From assembly GCA_965603825.1 (NCBI GenBank), contig CBFDEM010000060.1:62001-126000 (forward strand): 64,000 bases of DNA. Reading direction: 5' to 3'. Both the position numbers and the translations under genes were made by a program. The notes under the pieces were generated by a model that did no database searches, had not been told where the DNA came from, and was given only the letters and a program-made list of their open reading frames with translations. Shown here in pieces: positions 1-11,027 of the stretch (position 1 is its first letter; each line of letters opens with the position of its first letter). This DNA is from Blepharisma stoltei ATCC 30299 (Eukaryota > Protista > Ciliophora).

Positions 1-89
1 TTATTATCCTGCATAAGTTTGGGAATATGCTTACTAGAAACGTTCTGACAGGTCGTGCATTCTGGCTTTAAACATAAATTGTCCCCCAT
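1..89 (-). CDS. 5' end of a Kelch/beta-propeller-like family member (runs off the window)
   Basis: ATG at 89 gives MGDNLCLKPECTTCQNVSSKHIPKLMQDN, which aligns with the N-terminus of 1407-2306 (LKPDCMEYQNDSSKHVPKLMQ). Confidence 0.7.
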   Translation of the reverse strand, partial: MGDNLCLKPECTTCQNVSSKHIPKLMQDN

Positions 90-531
90 GTAATTATTAT
101 TATGATTGATTTATAAAGACTAAATTATGCTATTATAAGGGTATTAATGTACCTAGCAGTAAGCTCTTCAATAATTCTAAATAGCATTAGAGATAACGTT
201 TAATCTGAATATATGCAAAAAGAACCCAAAAAGTCGATAATCTATTTGTATTTGAGCCCCTTACTTTTAGTATAGGGTAACTTCACATTTCCAGGATTTA
301 CAATTTCCCTCGTTTTGAAAGCCATGTGAAATTTAATTTTAGCTTAGACTTGAACTAACAAAGTCTACTATCTCAGCTTTCCTGATAATTTCCATTATAA
401 ATTCTCTTGCCTAGCCTCTTCTAACTCTACTCAGTCTTTCAGCATCTGTACATTTTTGCTGTCCAAACTATATTATCAGCATAAAGAAGGGCTCAGGTGA
501 ATCCCTAGTTTTAGTTCTTCATTTCTTCACG

Positions 532-643
532 ACCGTACATTTGCTTGAGATGATTTTTCAATTTTTTAGGACAAGTTTTGATTAGAGTGAAACCGTCCAT
601 TTGCTTGAGATGATTTTTCAATTTTTTAGCAAAGTTTTGATTA
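532..643. repeat. Tandem duplication with 60-bp period in the upstream region of a Kelch-family copy
   Basis: ACCGT(A/C)CATTTGCTTGAGATGATTTTTCAATTTTTTAG occurs at 532 and 592. Confidence 0.9.
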
Positions 644-679
644 TTGTTTTCAAAATACAATAATCACTATAATAATTAT

Positions 680-1069
680 ATGGGTTTTGGTCAAAGTTTC
701 ATGTCATGCAGGAATAAGTCAGCATATCAAAAAGATCATAGTAAACGAAGTCTGAAACTTAGGCAGGCCTGTCGAGACTATGCGAATACTTTTAATACAA
801 AAACTTCACTTTATTTATTATGTGGAATGAAAGATCAAAGCAGTTTATTTATATATGATACTGAGAGTGATAGTAAAAAAACTCTAATTTGAAAAATTAT
901 AGAGCACACACACTATTATAGGTAATCTATAGAGATAAGTATTTTATTTTTATGGAATTTCAATGCTGCGCTATAAGTGGCAGTCATATATAAAGGGTGC
1001 AATGATTGTGATGTCAGCAAAGCCTTCAAGTTTAGCCTGAACGAGAAAAGGTTAACCAAAATCTATTAA
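680..1069 (+). pseudogene. Internally deleted Kelch-family copy
   Basis: The N-terminus (MGFGQSFMSCRNKSAYQKD...) is nearly identical to 6340-7233. Stops follow shortly after 892, then a C-terminus-like remnant (KAFKFSLNEKRLTKIY*). Confidence 0.65.
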
Positions 1070-1406
1070 ACTTTTTTTAATGATAATTGTTTCAGACTTC
1101 TTGATTTTTATATATTATGTTTATATAACTCAAGGCATCTAATAGATTATAGATATTATGCTCATTAATATGTAAATTTCAAACAGTAATAAACAATGTT
1201 TATAATTAAATGGAATTTAAGCATTTAGGGGATCATAATCAGCAATTTTTATATCAGAATAGTTTAATAGTTATGCTGCCACTGTATAGTTGAGAAGCTT
1301 ACCCTTTTAAACTTGCTAAATTTAGATGAAGTTGCATCATCTATTAAGTATAAAAGCTACTTATTTAAGCAGAATGCTATTAAAATAGTATCATTATAAT
1401 AACTAA

Positions 1407-2306
1407 ATGGAGTATCAGCAATATTTAAAACCAGACTGCATGGAATATCAAAATGATTCTAGTAAGCATGTTCCAAAACTTATGCAGACCTATCAAAACT
1501 ATGCTAGCACTCTCAACCAAGGCGATTCGCTTTATTTAATAGATAGATGAAACAATAGAACGAATTTATTGGTTTATAACACTGTGAGCGATAGCAAGCA
1601 AACTAAAATTTTGAAGACTCCAGAACCGCTTGACTGTAATACATGCATAGCTCAACTACCAAATGGTAAATTATTCTGCTATGGTAAGAATTTTCCAATT
1701 TCTGGCATCACATTGATAATTGATGAGAATGGAGGAGTACAAAAACTGCCATCTGGAGTGTCTTGCTATTGGTCGTCAGCTATCTATTTCAACAACAATG
1801 TCTATTGTTTTGGAGGAATAGGTCGGCATATGAACGCTTTAGCTCTATCTCGTAGATTTGATTTGGATAGGAATCGATGGGTCGAATTAGCTTCAATGCC
1901 ACAAGCTGATTGCAGTTGCAGTAGTGTAATATTTAATGGGAATATTTTGATATCTGGGAGCTGCTATAGATCTCTTTTGTTGTACTCAATTGATATTGAC
2001 AGCTTCTCTACAATTCCTTCTAATTTTAAAGCAAATACACTTAAAATCTTGATATGTGCTGAAAGGAGACTGTATTTGATTGAATGCGATTTTTATGGGA
2101 AATTATATGAAAGTGATATTGGAAGCTACACTTTCTGGAGAATAATTGGCAGATCAGCATCCTTTTTTCCTTTCTCTTTTCAAGTGTATTGGTTATACAA
2201 TGCAGGACAGATATATATAGGAAGCATTAAGTCAAATATGATAGCCTTCTTCAAGTTTAATCTGGATGAACAAAATATAGTCGAATTAGAAAGATTTCCT
2301 CTCTAA
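1407..2306 (+). CDS. Kelch/beta-propeller-like protein, 299 aa
   Basis: ATG 1407 is in frame with ORF 1569 through one TGA(Trp). Kelch-type blade motifs: LPNGKLFCYG, NVYCFGG, RFDLDRNRWVELASMP. Confidence 0.8.
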
Positions 2307-2429
2307 AATAAATTAGTTAAAACTTCTTTCCTATTTCAATATTCGATTCTAAATCTTCAGACTACACACCGGTACAGCGGGCACCATGATGGGCTAGAGT
2401 CTCAACCCTGATTACTATTATGGATAGAC

Positions 2430-2645
2430 ATGGAGATGAATAAGAATACGGAGACGCATATATAGATTCATATGAAGATGTATATGAAGAATTGTATGGA
2501 GACATATATAAGAAGGACATTAATATGCATATAGAGGGTATGAAGATGAATCTGAAGATAAATATGAATTTTAAGTTAAATTTGAAGATTAATATAAAGA
2601 TGCTTTATAATTTGAACTGAATTTGAAGATGAAAATTTAGAAGCT
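2430..2645 (+). repeat. Decayed repeat with ~12-nt period (GAAGAnnnnTAT-like)
   Basis: Units such as GAAGATGTATAT, GAAGAATTGTAT, GGAGACATATAT and GAAGATAAATAT. They translate as E/D/Y-rich sequence interrupted by stops. Confidence 0.55.
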
Positions 2646-3033
2646 GAAACTCTTACTGCATGTACAATGGAAACCTCTGCGGGTCAAATACGAGGAAACG
2701 CAAGAATCGCTGTTTTCAACGGCATAGGGGTGGATTGCAAATTTGCAATTTTCCATTTTTTGCAAAAAACATTTGCTTTTGGAATTTATGCGGTTTTTGA
2801 TCATATTTACAAGTTCTCTATTCTCAACATCACAAAGGTAGAATAAGCATTAGGTTATGCCTGATATACAAATTGTTAAATATTCTCTCCAGTGCTTAAA
2901 TCTCATAAGCTGTTTGGCGCCTATGCAGCACAGTGTGAAAGTAATAAAACTCAATTATTTCACAAAATTCAAATCTATCCAGAGTTTTTTAGGCTAATTT
3001 AATAACCCTTATTTTTTATTAACTATATTAATC

Positions 3034-3879
3034 TTAATATAATTGATCAATAAATGTCATGCTCCGGGTTTTCAAATTAAACTCATACAATGATATGCAA
3101 TGTGGAACACCTATGAAATAAATTGAATCATTATACAATGAGTACATAGGTAGCCCATAAATTCTTGCAATGAGAGTTTTGCTGATACACATCCATTGTG
3201 TGCAGTCTCTTGGCAAACTCTCATAAGCATACCCTTCAGGTTGAATGCAATACAATTTATCATTCGCAGCCAAAAGAATTGCTCCGTAATTTGGTTTAAG
3301 CTTTAATATCTTTGATGCGCTGTTACAAAAAGGGTCAAAAGCCTTCACACTACCGCTGCCATGTGGAGCAATTATAATTTTTCCTTCGAAAGCTGCTAAA
3401 ATCGAATCATAATATGAATCATATCTTTTAGTAGATACAGCTTGTTTTCATCTATTTCTATTTAAATCATATGTTTCTATTGTTCTTAGGCCAGGCTTGA
3501 TCGCGATTAAATAAATTAGCCCATCAAGATATATCATACTACCGTATTTTTTTGGCTCGATATGTTTGCTTTCTGAAAATTTGAGGCTTTTATCAATGAT
3601 AAATGTCAAGCTATTTCCAAAATCAATGCAAAAAAATTTATTATTGGGGATTGCACATATCGATATACTTTTGTCGAATTCTGGACGTTGAGGGAAATTT
3701 TTGTGAGTAGTTTTCATGGTTTTTAGATCTATCTTAACAATGCTAAACTGGTAAGAGAATACAAGGCTACCGTCATTTTGGAGACATGGATTACTATTTG
3801 CTGATTTAATTACTATTGCAGGCTTCATCGAATCGGTTCTGTTCTTTTTGGAGCTGTTTTGACGCTTAATGGGCTTCAT
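3034..3879 (-). CDS. Divergent Kelch/beta-propeller-like protein, 281 aa
   Basis: ORFs 3448-3879 and 3034-3348 join in frame through TGA in YDLNRNR-W-K, the conserved Kelch Trp. IPNNKFFC matches the family motif LPNGKLFC. Confidence 0.75.
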
Positions 3880-4509
3880 ATATTTTATAAATAATTTGTC
3901 TTTTGATTTAATGTGTCTTGATTTAAAAAGTACCTTTCCTGGATTTCATTGTTTGATTTTTGAAATTGAAGGGTGTGATCGGCCCATTGTTTTATATATT
4001 ATTAATGACCTTTAGTTATTAAAGCAATATTCCTAAAATATATAAAATAATGCACTTTATGATGATTAAACGTTTTGCTTTTTGGGTTTCTGAGATTAAA
4101 CCTAAGAAAAAGACATTTATCTATGTGATAGACTTAATATATGATGTAATATCAACTAAATGGGACAGGGCTATAAGAAGAGCCTTTTCAGTTACACAAA
4201 GGCAGCATAATCATTTAGCTAGCCTACATAAAATTGCTAATTATTATCTCTCCAATGCTTAAATCCCATTTTATAAGGGATTGTTGAGAAAGAGTCAATA
4301 TCAATTGAATATAATAAAAGGTTTCTTTTAAAATAACTAGAAATCAAATATTTCAATTAAATATTAAATAATTCCTACGGAAATCCGCTTGTGGCATTAG
4401 AGTTAATTTTATTTAGAAAAAAAAGAGTTCATGCAAATATGATTGAAGTCAAGTTATTTAAGGTTGATTATTGAAAATAAGAAATAAATCTTAAATAGTG
4501 TTATGTAAA

Positions 4510-5380
4510 TTAGATCTTTTCTAAAGCCATTTTTCTTCTTTTACGCAGCTTAAGCTTGAAGTATACAGCACTATAACCGTTTAAGCACCCAATATAAATT
4601 ACTCCTTTTTTGTATAAACTATATGCTTGGGAAGGATTTAAATCAATTGTTGAGTCTGCAATCCATGCAGCTTCCAATTTTGCTCTCATAAATAGATCCA
4701 TTCTTACACTCAATCAAGTACAGTCTCCTTTCTGCATTTACTAGGATCTTTCTATTATATTCTTCAAACTCATAAGGAATATAAGAGAAAGAGTTAAGAT
4801 AAACTGAATACAATAAAAGATTTCTACTCACAGCCCCAGAAATCAAAATATTTCCATCAAAGATTGCACAATTGCAATAGCAATCAGCAATTGGCATTGG
4901 AGGCAAATAAAATCACCGATTTACATTTAAATCGAATCTGCGAGATAAAGTTAACTTGTTATCTTTAAAATCTTGCCCTCCAAAACAATAGACATTGTTT
5001 TTGAAATATATAACTGATGAAAATACAATATTGGAACTAGATGCCAGATGCTGGATGCTAAAATTTTTATCAATTATCAGTGAAACCCCCAAAGCTGGAT
5101 AATTACCAAAACAGAATAATTTACCATTTGGAAGTTCAACTATGCTGCTGCCGACACCGCTTAGGGGGCTAGGGATTTCTCATTTTATGTTTTGTTCACT
5201 ATCACTCTCAGTGTTATAAATAAATAATGAATTTTCACTTAATAAATAAAGTGAAGTTTTTGTATTAAAAGTGTTCGCATAGTCTCGATGAGCCTGCATA
5301 AGTTTTGGTCTTCGTTTACTGCGATCTTTTTGATATGCTGGCTTATTGATGCATGACTTGAAACTTTGACCAACACCCAT
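4510..5380 (-). pseudogene. Kelch-family copy with an 11-nt deletion frameshift near the C-terminus
   Basis: Open frame from ATG 5380 through two TGA(Trp). It lacks 11 nt at ~4664 relative to copies 6340 and 9275, and the shifted frame stops at TAG 4619-4621. Confidence 0.75.
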
Positions 5381-6339
5381 ATAATTATGATAATGATTAT
5401 GTTATAAAGAAATATAAATTAATGTACTTTGAAAAATGTTTTGAAAACAATAATCAAAATTTGTGCTAAAAAGATTGAAAAATTATCCAAGTCTCAGCAA
5501 ATGGACGGTTTCACTCTATTTAAATACCATTTTTTGTTTTCTTTCTGAATAAAGAATTTGTTTTTCTTGTTATTTAATGCGAGAAGAAAACATAGCATTA
5601 CCTAAGTGTGCAAAGTAAAAATAATAAATCTTATAACAATGCAAATGTAAAATAAGTATTAAGATATGGCAATTCGTAAAATGATAATTAGGATTTCCAA
5701 CACTGCATGTCGCTATTTTAATAGGATAAAGATAATCCATATGAATTATCAAGTGAATATGGGATCGCAACAATTGAAGTTCATGCCGTTGGAATCAAAA
5801 GTAACAGCCTTGCTGACCCCATAATTTTTGAGGCATTTAATGATTTTTTATTTCAACTCACTGATCTGCAGTCTCTAGTTCATAATTGGCAAAATATCAT
5901 TATGTGCTATCAGGTATATTTAGATATTAAACTATATATTGAAAATAGAAATAAGCTTTAAAATTTTGTCAGAATCAGATTTTTTTATCCAGATTAAGCG
6001 TGAAGTAAAAAATCGCATGATATTCAAACACTATATAACGCATCAATACCTATATTGTATATTGAATTATCGTAAAATAAGCATGAGCATTGGCCCTACC
6101 ATTAATCAAGATTATCAAAAATCTCTCTGCAAGTCAAATGCAAAGCCTTAGAGCCATTTCATATTTTGCTTGGCCAACTGCCTGCTCTACTACTCTCATA
6201 TCACTCCTGTCGTGACTAGAAGCGCAGGGTATAGAGTAAATTTTATTTAGAAAAAAGAGTGCATTGCAAAAAAAATTAAAGTCAATATTTAAGGCTAATT
6301 ATTGAAATCAGAAATAAATCCTAAATAGCGTTATGTAAA

Positions 6340-7233
6340 TTAGATCTTTTCTAAAGCCATCGATCCTTTTTTACGCAGCTTAAGCTTGAAGTATACAGCA
6401 TCATATCTGTCTAAGCACCCAATATAAATTACTCCTTTATTGTATAAGCTATATGCTTGGGCAGGACTAAAATTAATTGTTGAGTCTGCAATCCTTGTCC
6501 AATCCATGCAGCTTCCAATTTTGCTCTCATAAATAGATCCACTCATAGACTCAATCAAATACAGTCTCCTTTCTGCATTTACCAGGATCTTTCTCCAATT
6601 CACTGAAAACTCATAAGGAATAACAGAGAAAGAGTTAAGATAAGCTGAATACAATAGAAGAGTTCTAGTTAAAGCCCCAGAAATCAAAATATTTCCATCA
6701 AATATTATGCAATTGCATAAGTAAAGAGCATTTGGCATTCGAGGCAATTCAAATCACCGATTTACATTTAAACTGAATCTGCGAGATAAAGATAACTTGG
6801 TATCTTTAAAATCTTCCCCTCCAAAGCAATAAACATTTTTTTTGAAATAGATAGCTGATGAAAATTTAATAAGTGCAGCAGATGGCAGATCCTGAATCTT
6901 AAAATCTTTATCAATTATCAGTGTAACCCCAGAAGCTGGATAATTACCAAAACAGAATAATTTACCATTTGGAAGTTCAGCTATGCTGATGCCGATACCG
7001 CTTAGAAGTTCAGGAGTTTCTCAATTTATAGTTTGCTCACTATCATTCTCAGTGTTATAAATAAATAATGAACTTTTATTTTTCCTTCCACTGAATAAAT
7101 AAAGTGAAGTTTTTGTATTAACAGTGTTCGCATAGTCTTGACAGGTCTGCATAAGTTTTGGTCTTAGTTTACTGCGATCTTTTTGATGTGTCGACTTATC
7201 CCTGCGTGACATGAAACTTTGACCAATACCCAT
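6340..7233 (-). CDS. Kelch/beta-propeller-like protein, 297 aa, intact, with MGxxxS N-terminus
   Basis: ORFs 7021-7233 and 6340-6747 are one frame via two TGA(Trp). Motifs: ELPNGKLFCFG, NVYCFGG, RFSLNVNRWFELPRMP. Confidence 0.8.
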
Positions 7234-7811
7234 ATAATTATTATAATGATTATGCTATAAAGAAATATATTAAAATAGTAAATTAATGTATTTTGAAAAC
7301 AATAATCAAAACTTGTGCTAAAAAATTGAAAAATCATCCAAATCTCAGCAAATGGACACTTTCACTATTTAAATGCCATTTTTTATTTTGTTTCTGGATA
7401 AAGAATTTGTTTTTCTTGTTATTTAATGCTAGAAGAAGCCATAACAAGGCCTAAGTGAGAAAGTAAAAATAATAAATCTTGTAACAATGCAAATGGTAGT
7501 ATAAGCATTAAGATATGTCAATTCATAAAACGATAAATATAATTTCCAGCACTGCTAATGTCGCTATTTTAATAGGATAAAGATAATTCATATAAATTAT
7601 CAAGTTGCTAGGGCTGCATTTGAATATAAAATTAATTTTAATAGTTTAAGGCTAAATAATTGCACTTAATCTATTCATTTCTCAAAAGTTTATAATTCAT
7701 TTTTTTATGCGAATCATTTTATACGATATCAGATGCCTCAAGTTATTCAAATCTGCATATTGATTAAGAAATAAGTGTTAAATAATTGTATTTAATATGA
7801 TATTTTCTAAA

Positions 7812-8254
7812 CTAATTGATTTTTTTTAAGACTAAGCTCGAAGTATAAATTATTCCTTTATTATATAAACAATATGTTTGAGATGGATTAAAATCAAGCG
7901 TTGAGTCTGCAGTACGTGTCCAATCAGTGTAAATTCCAATTTTGCTCTCATAAATTGACCCATTCTTAGACTCAATCAAATACAGTCTGATTTCTGCATT
8001 TATCAGGATCTTTCTTGAATATTCTGCAAACTCATAAGGAATAGAAGAGAAAGAGTTAAGATAAACTGAATAAAATAAAAGATTTCTATTCATAGCCCCA
8101 GAAATCAAAATATTTTTATCAAATATTATGCAATTGCAATAGTAATCAGCATTTGGCATTGGAGGCAATTCAACATTTAAATTGAATTTGAGAATAAAGT
8201 TAACTTGCTATCACCATAATCTTGTCCTCCAAAGCAATAGAGATCATTGTTGAA
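7812..8254 (-). pseudogene. 3'-half fragment of a Kelch-family gene
   Basis: Homology starts abruptly at the YCFGGQD blade. It has indels before LPPMP and no N-terminal half. Confidence 0.75.
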
Positions 8255-8452
8255 ACAAAATTAAATGATTGTCTAATTTATATTAGAATTTTTTCCCCAT
8301 AGTGTATGTATTCATTAAAGGAGAGCTGGATACAAACCTTAAGATTTCACCCTGATTAAAACCATTGTATATAATTATTATAATAACGGCTTATTCTAAC
8401 TAAATTTTATTCTAAATCTGCATTTTTTTGAGCAGTTCAAGGAGGTCTCTGC

Positions 8453-9163
8453 CTAATCCATCATTAATGAAATTGATATCTTTTTCAGAAAGGTTTCATT
8501 CATCTCCAGTCAAACACCATTGAGTTGATTTTCCTCCCTCAAATTATAAGCCATGTTAAAGTCCTGCAAAGCTGCTTCTTCTTGTCTAAGATTATTAAAT
8601 ACTCTCGCTCGGCTGCAGAAATGCAAAGGATTATTGGGTTCATTTTTGATTGCCTCATCATAGCATTGTATTGCTTCTTGATATCTCTCTAAAGTATAAA
8701 GTATATTTCCTTTATCATTATAAAACTTGGATTTATATGGATCGTTTTTGATTGATTGATCATAGCATTCTATTGCCTCTTCATATCTCTGTAAAGTATA
8801 AAGAGTGTTCCCTTTTTCATTATAACACCTGGAATCATATATATTGATTTTGATTGCCTCATCATAGATTTCTAATGCTTCCTGATATCTTCCTAATTTA
8901 TTTAAAGCATATCCTTTCTTATAGTAAAAATCAGTTTTGTTTGGTTCGAGTTTGATTATTTCTTCATAGCATTCGATTGCTTCTAAATATCTTTTTAAAT
9001 TATTAAAATCATCGGCTTTTTTATCGTAAACTCTATAGTCGTTTGGAAAGATTTTGATTGCTTCGCTATAGCGCTCGATTGCTTCTTGATATCTTTTTAA
9101 AGAATAAAAAGCGTCACCGTCAATTCTGTAAAGATTAGCATTGCCTGGAATTTTTTTGTTCAT
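8453..9163 (-). CDS. TPR-repeat protein (possibly 5'-truncated and 3'-frameshifted)
   Basis: Five to six 34-aa TPR units (KG.AL..L.RY.EAI.CYD.AI). Reading TGA 8510 as Trp extends the frame to TAG at 8453. Confidence 0.75.
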
Positions 9164-9274
9164 TTCCCCTTTGATTTTCTTAGAAAAAAGAGTTCATTGC
9201 CAAGATGATTAAAGTCAAGTTATTTAAGGCTGATTATTGAAATAAGAAATAAACCTTAAATAGTGTTATGTAAA

Positions 9275-10112
9275 TTAGATCTTTTCTAAAGTCATTTTTC
9301 TTCTTTTACGCAGCTTAAGCTTGAAGCATACAGTTCTATAATCGACTAAGCACCCAATATAAATTACTCCTTTATTGTATAAGCTATATACTTGGAAAGG
9401 ATTAAAATCAATTGTTGAGTCTGCAATCCATGTCCAATCCATGCAGCTTCCAATTTTACTCTCATAAATAGAACCTTTCAAAGATTCAATCAAATAGAGT
9501 CTCCTTTCTGCATTGACCAGGATTTTTCTTGTATATTCTGCAAAATCATAAGGAATATAAGAGAAAGAGTTAAGATAAACTGAATACAATAAAAGTTTTC
9601 TATTTACAGCCCCAGAAAATATTTCCATCAAATATGACACAATTGCAATAGTAATCAGCATTTGGCATTCGAGGCAATTTAAATCACCGATTTACATTTA
9701 AACTGAATCTGCGAGATAAAGTTAACTTGCTATCATTATAATCTTGCCCTCCAAAGCAATAGACGTTGTTTTTGAAATAAATAGCTGATGAAAATTCAAC
9801 AGGTGCGCTAGATGTGAGATCCTGGATCTTAAAATCTTTATCAATTATCAGTGTAACCCCAGAAGCTGGATAATTACCAAAACAGAATAATTTGCCATTT
9901 GGAAGTTCAGCTATGCTGCTGGCGGAGTAAGCATTTTCTCATTTTATGGTTTGTTCACTACCACTCTTAGTGTTATAAATAAGTACTGATTTTCGATGTA
10001 ATAAATAAAGTGAAGTTTTTGTATTAAAAGTATTCGCATAATCTCAATGAGCCTGCATAAGTTTTGGTCTTCGTTTACTATTTCTGCATGACTTGAATTG
10101 ATAAATACCCAT
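9275..10112 (-). pseudogene. Kelch-family copy with a 5-nt deletion frameshift
   Basis: ATG 10112 (MGIYQFKSC...) is open through TGA codons to IFDGNI. The sequence then reads AATATTTTCTGGG versus AATATTTTGATTTCTGGG in paralogs, giving a premature TAG at 9600-9602. Confidence 0.75.
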
Positions 10113-10689
10113 ATAATTATTATAATGATTATGTTATAAAGAAATAATTTAAAATAGTATAGTGAATTACTGTATTTTGAAAACAATAATCAACAATTTG
10201 TGCTAAAAAAGATTGAAAAATCATCTATGTCTCACAAATGGACGGTTTCACTCTATTTAAATGCCATTTTTTGTTTTCTTTCTGAATAAAGAATTTGTTT
10301 TTCTTGTTATTTAATGCTAGAAGAAGCCAAAACATCGCCTAAGTGAGCAAAGTAAAAATAATAAATCTTGCAACAATGCAAATGGTAGTATAAGCATTAA
10401 GATATGTCAATTCGTAAAATGATAATTAGGATTTCAAGCACTGCTACTGTCACTATTTTAATAGGATAAAGATAATCCATAATTTGCTTGGGCTGCATTT
10501 GAATATAAAATAAATTTTAATAGTTCAAGACTAGATAATTACACTTAATCTATTCATTTCTCAAAAGTTTATTACTCATTTTAGGGTGAGAATCATCTTA
10601 TAAGCTATCTCTGTCTTGAACTCATAAGTGCTATAGCGTCGAGTGATTTAGGTCCTTATATCCGTTAAAAGATATAAACAGCTATATAT

Positions 10690-10995
10690 ATTATTCCTTT
10701 ATTATATAAACTATATTTTTGGTATGGATTAAAATCAACTTTTGAGTCTGCAATTCGATTCCAATTAGTGTAAATTCCAATTTTGCTGTAATAAATTGAC
10801 CCATTCTTAGATTCAATCAAATACAGCCTGCTTTCTACATTTGCCAGGGCCTTTCTTGTATATTCTGCAAACTCATAAGGAATAAAAGAGAAAGAGTTAA
10901 GATAAACTGAATCAATAGAAGATTACTATTTACAGCCCCAGAAATCAAAGTATTTCCACAAATATTATACAATTACAATAGTAATCAGCATTTGG
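10690..10995 (-). pseudogene. Decayed 3' fragment of a Kelch-family gene
   Basis: Nucleotide similarity to 7850-8160 with multiple indels. It abuts the stop of the 11028 gene. Confidence 0.7.
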
Positions 10996-11027
10996 GATTC
11001 TAAATTTAATATTTTATAAACAAAACA

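Noticed and set aside
180-530. Possible decayed gene on the - strand
   Set aside because: It has multiple stops and no identifiable similarity.
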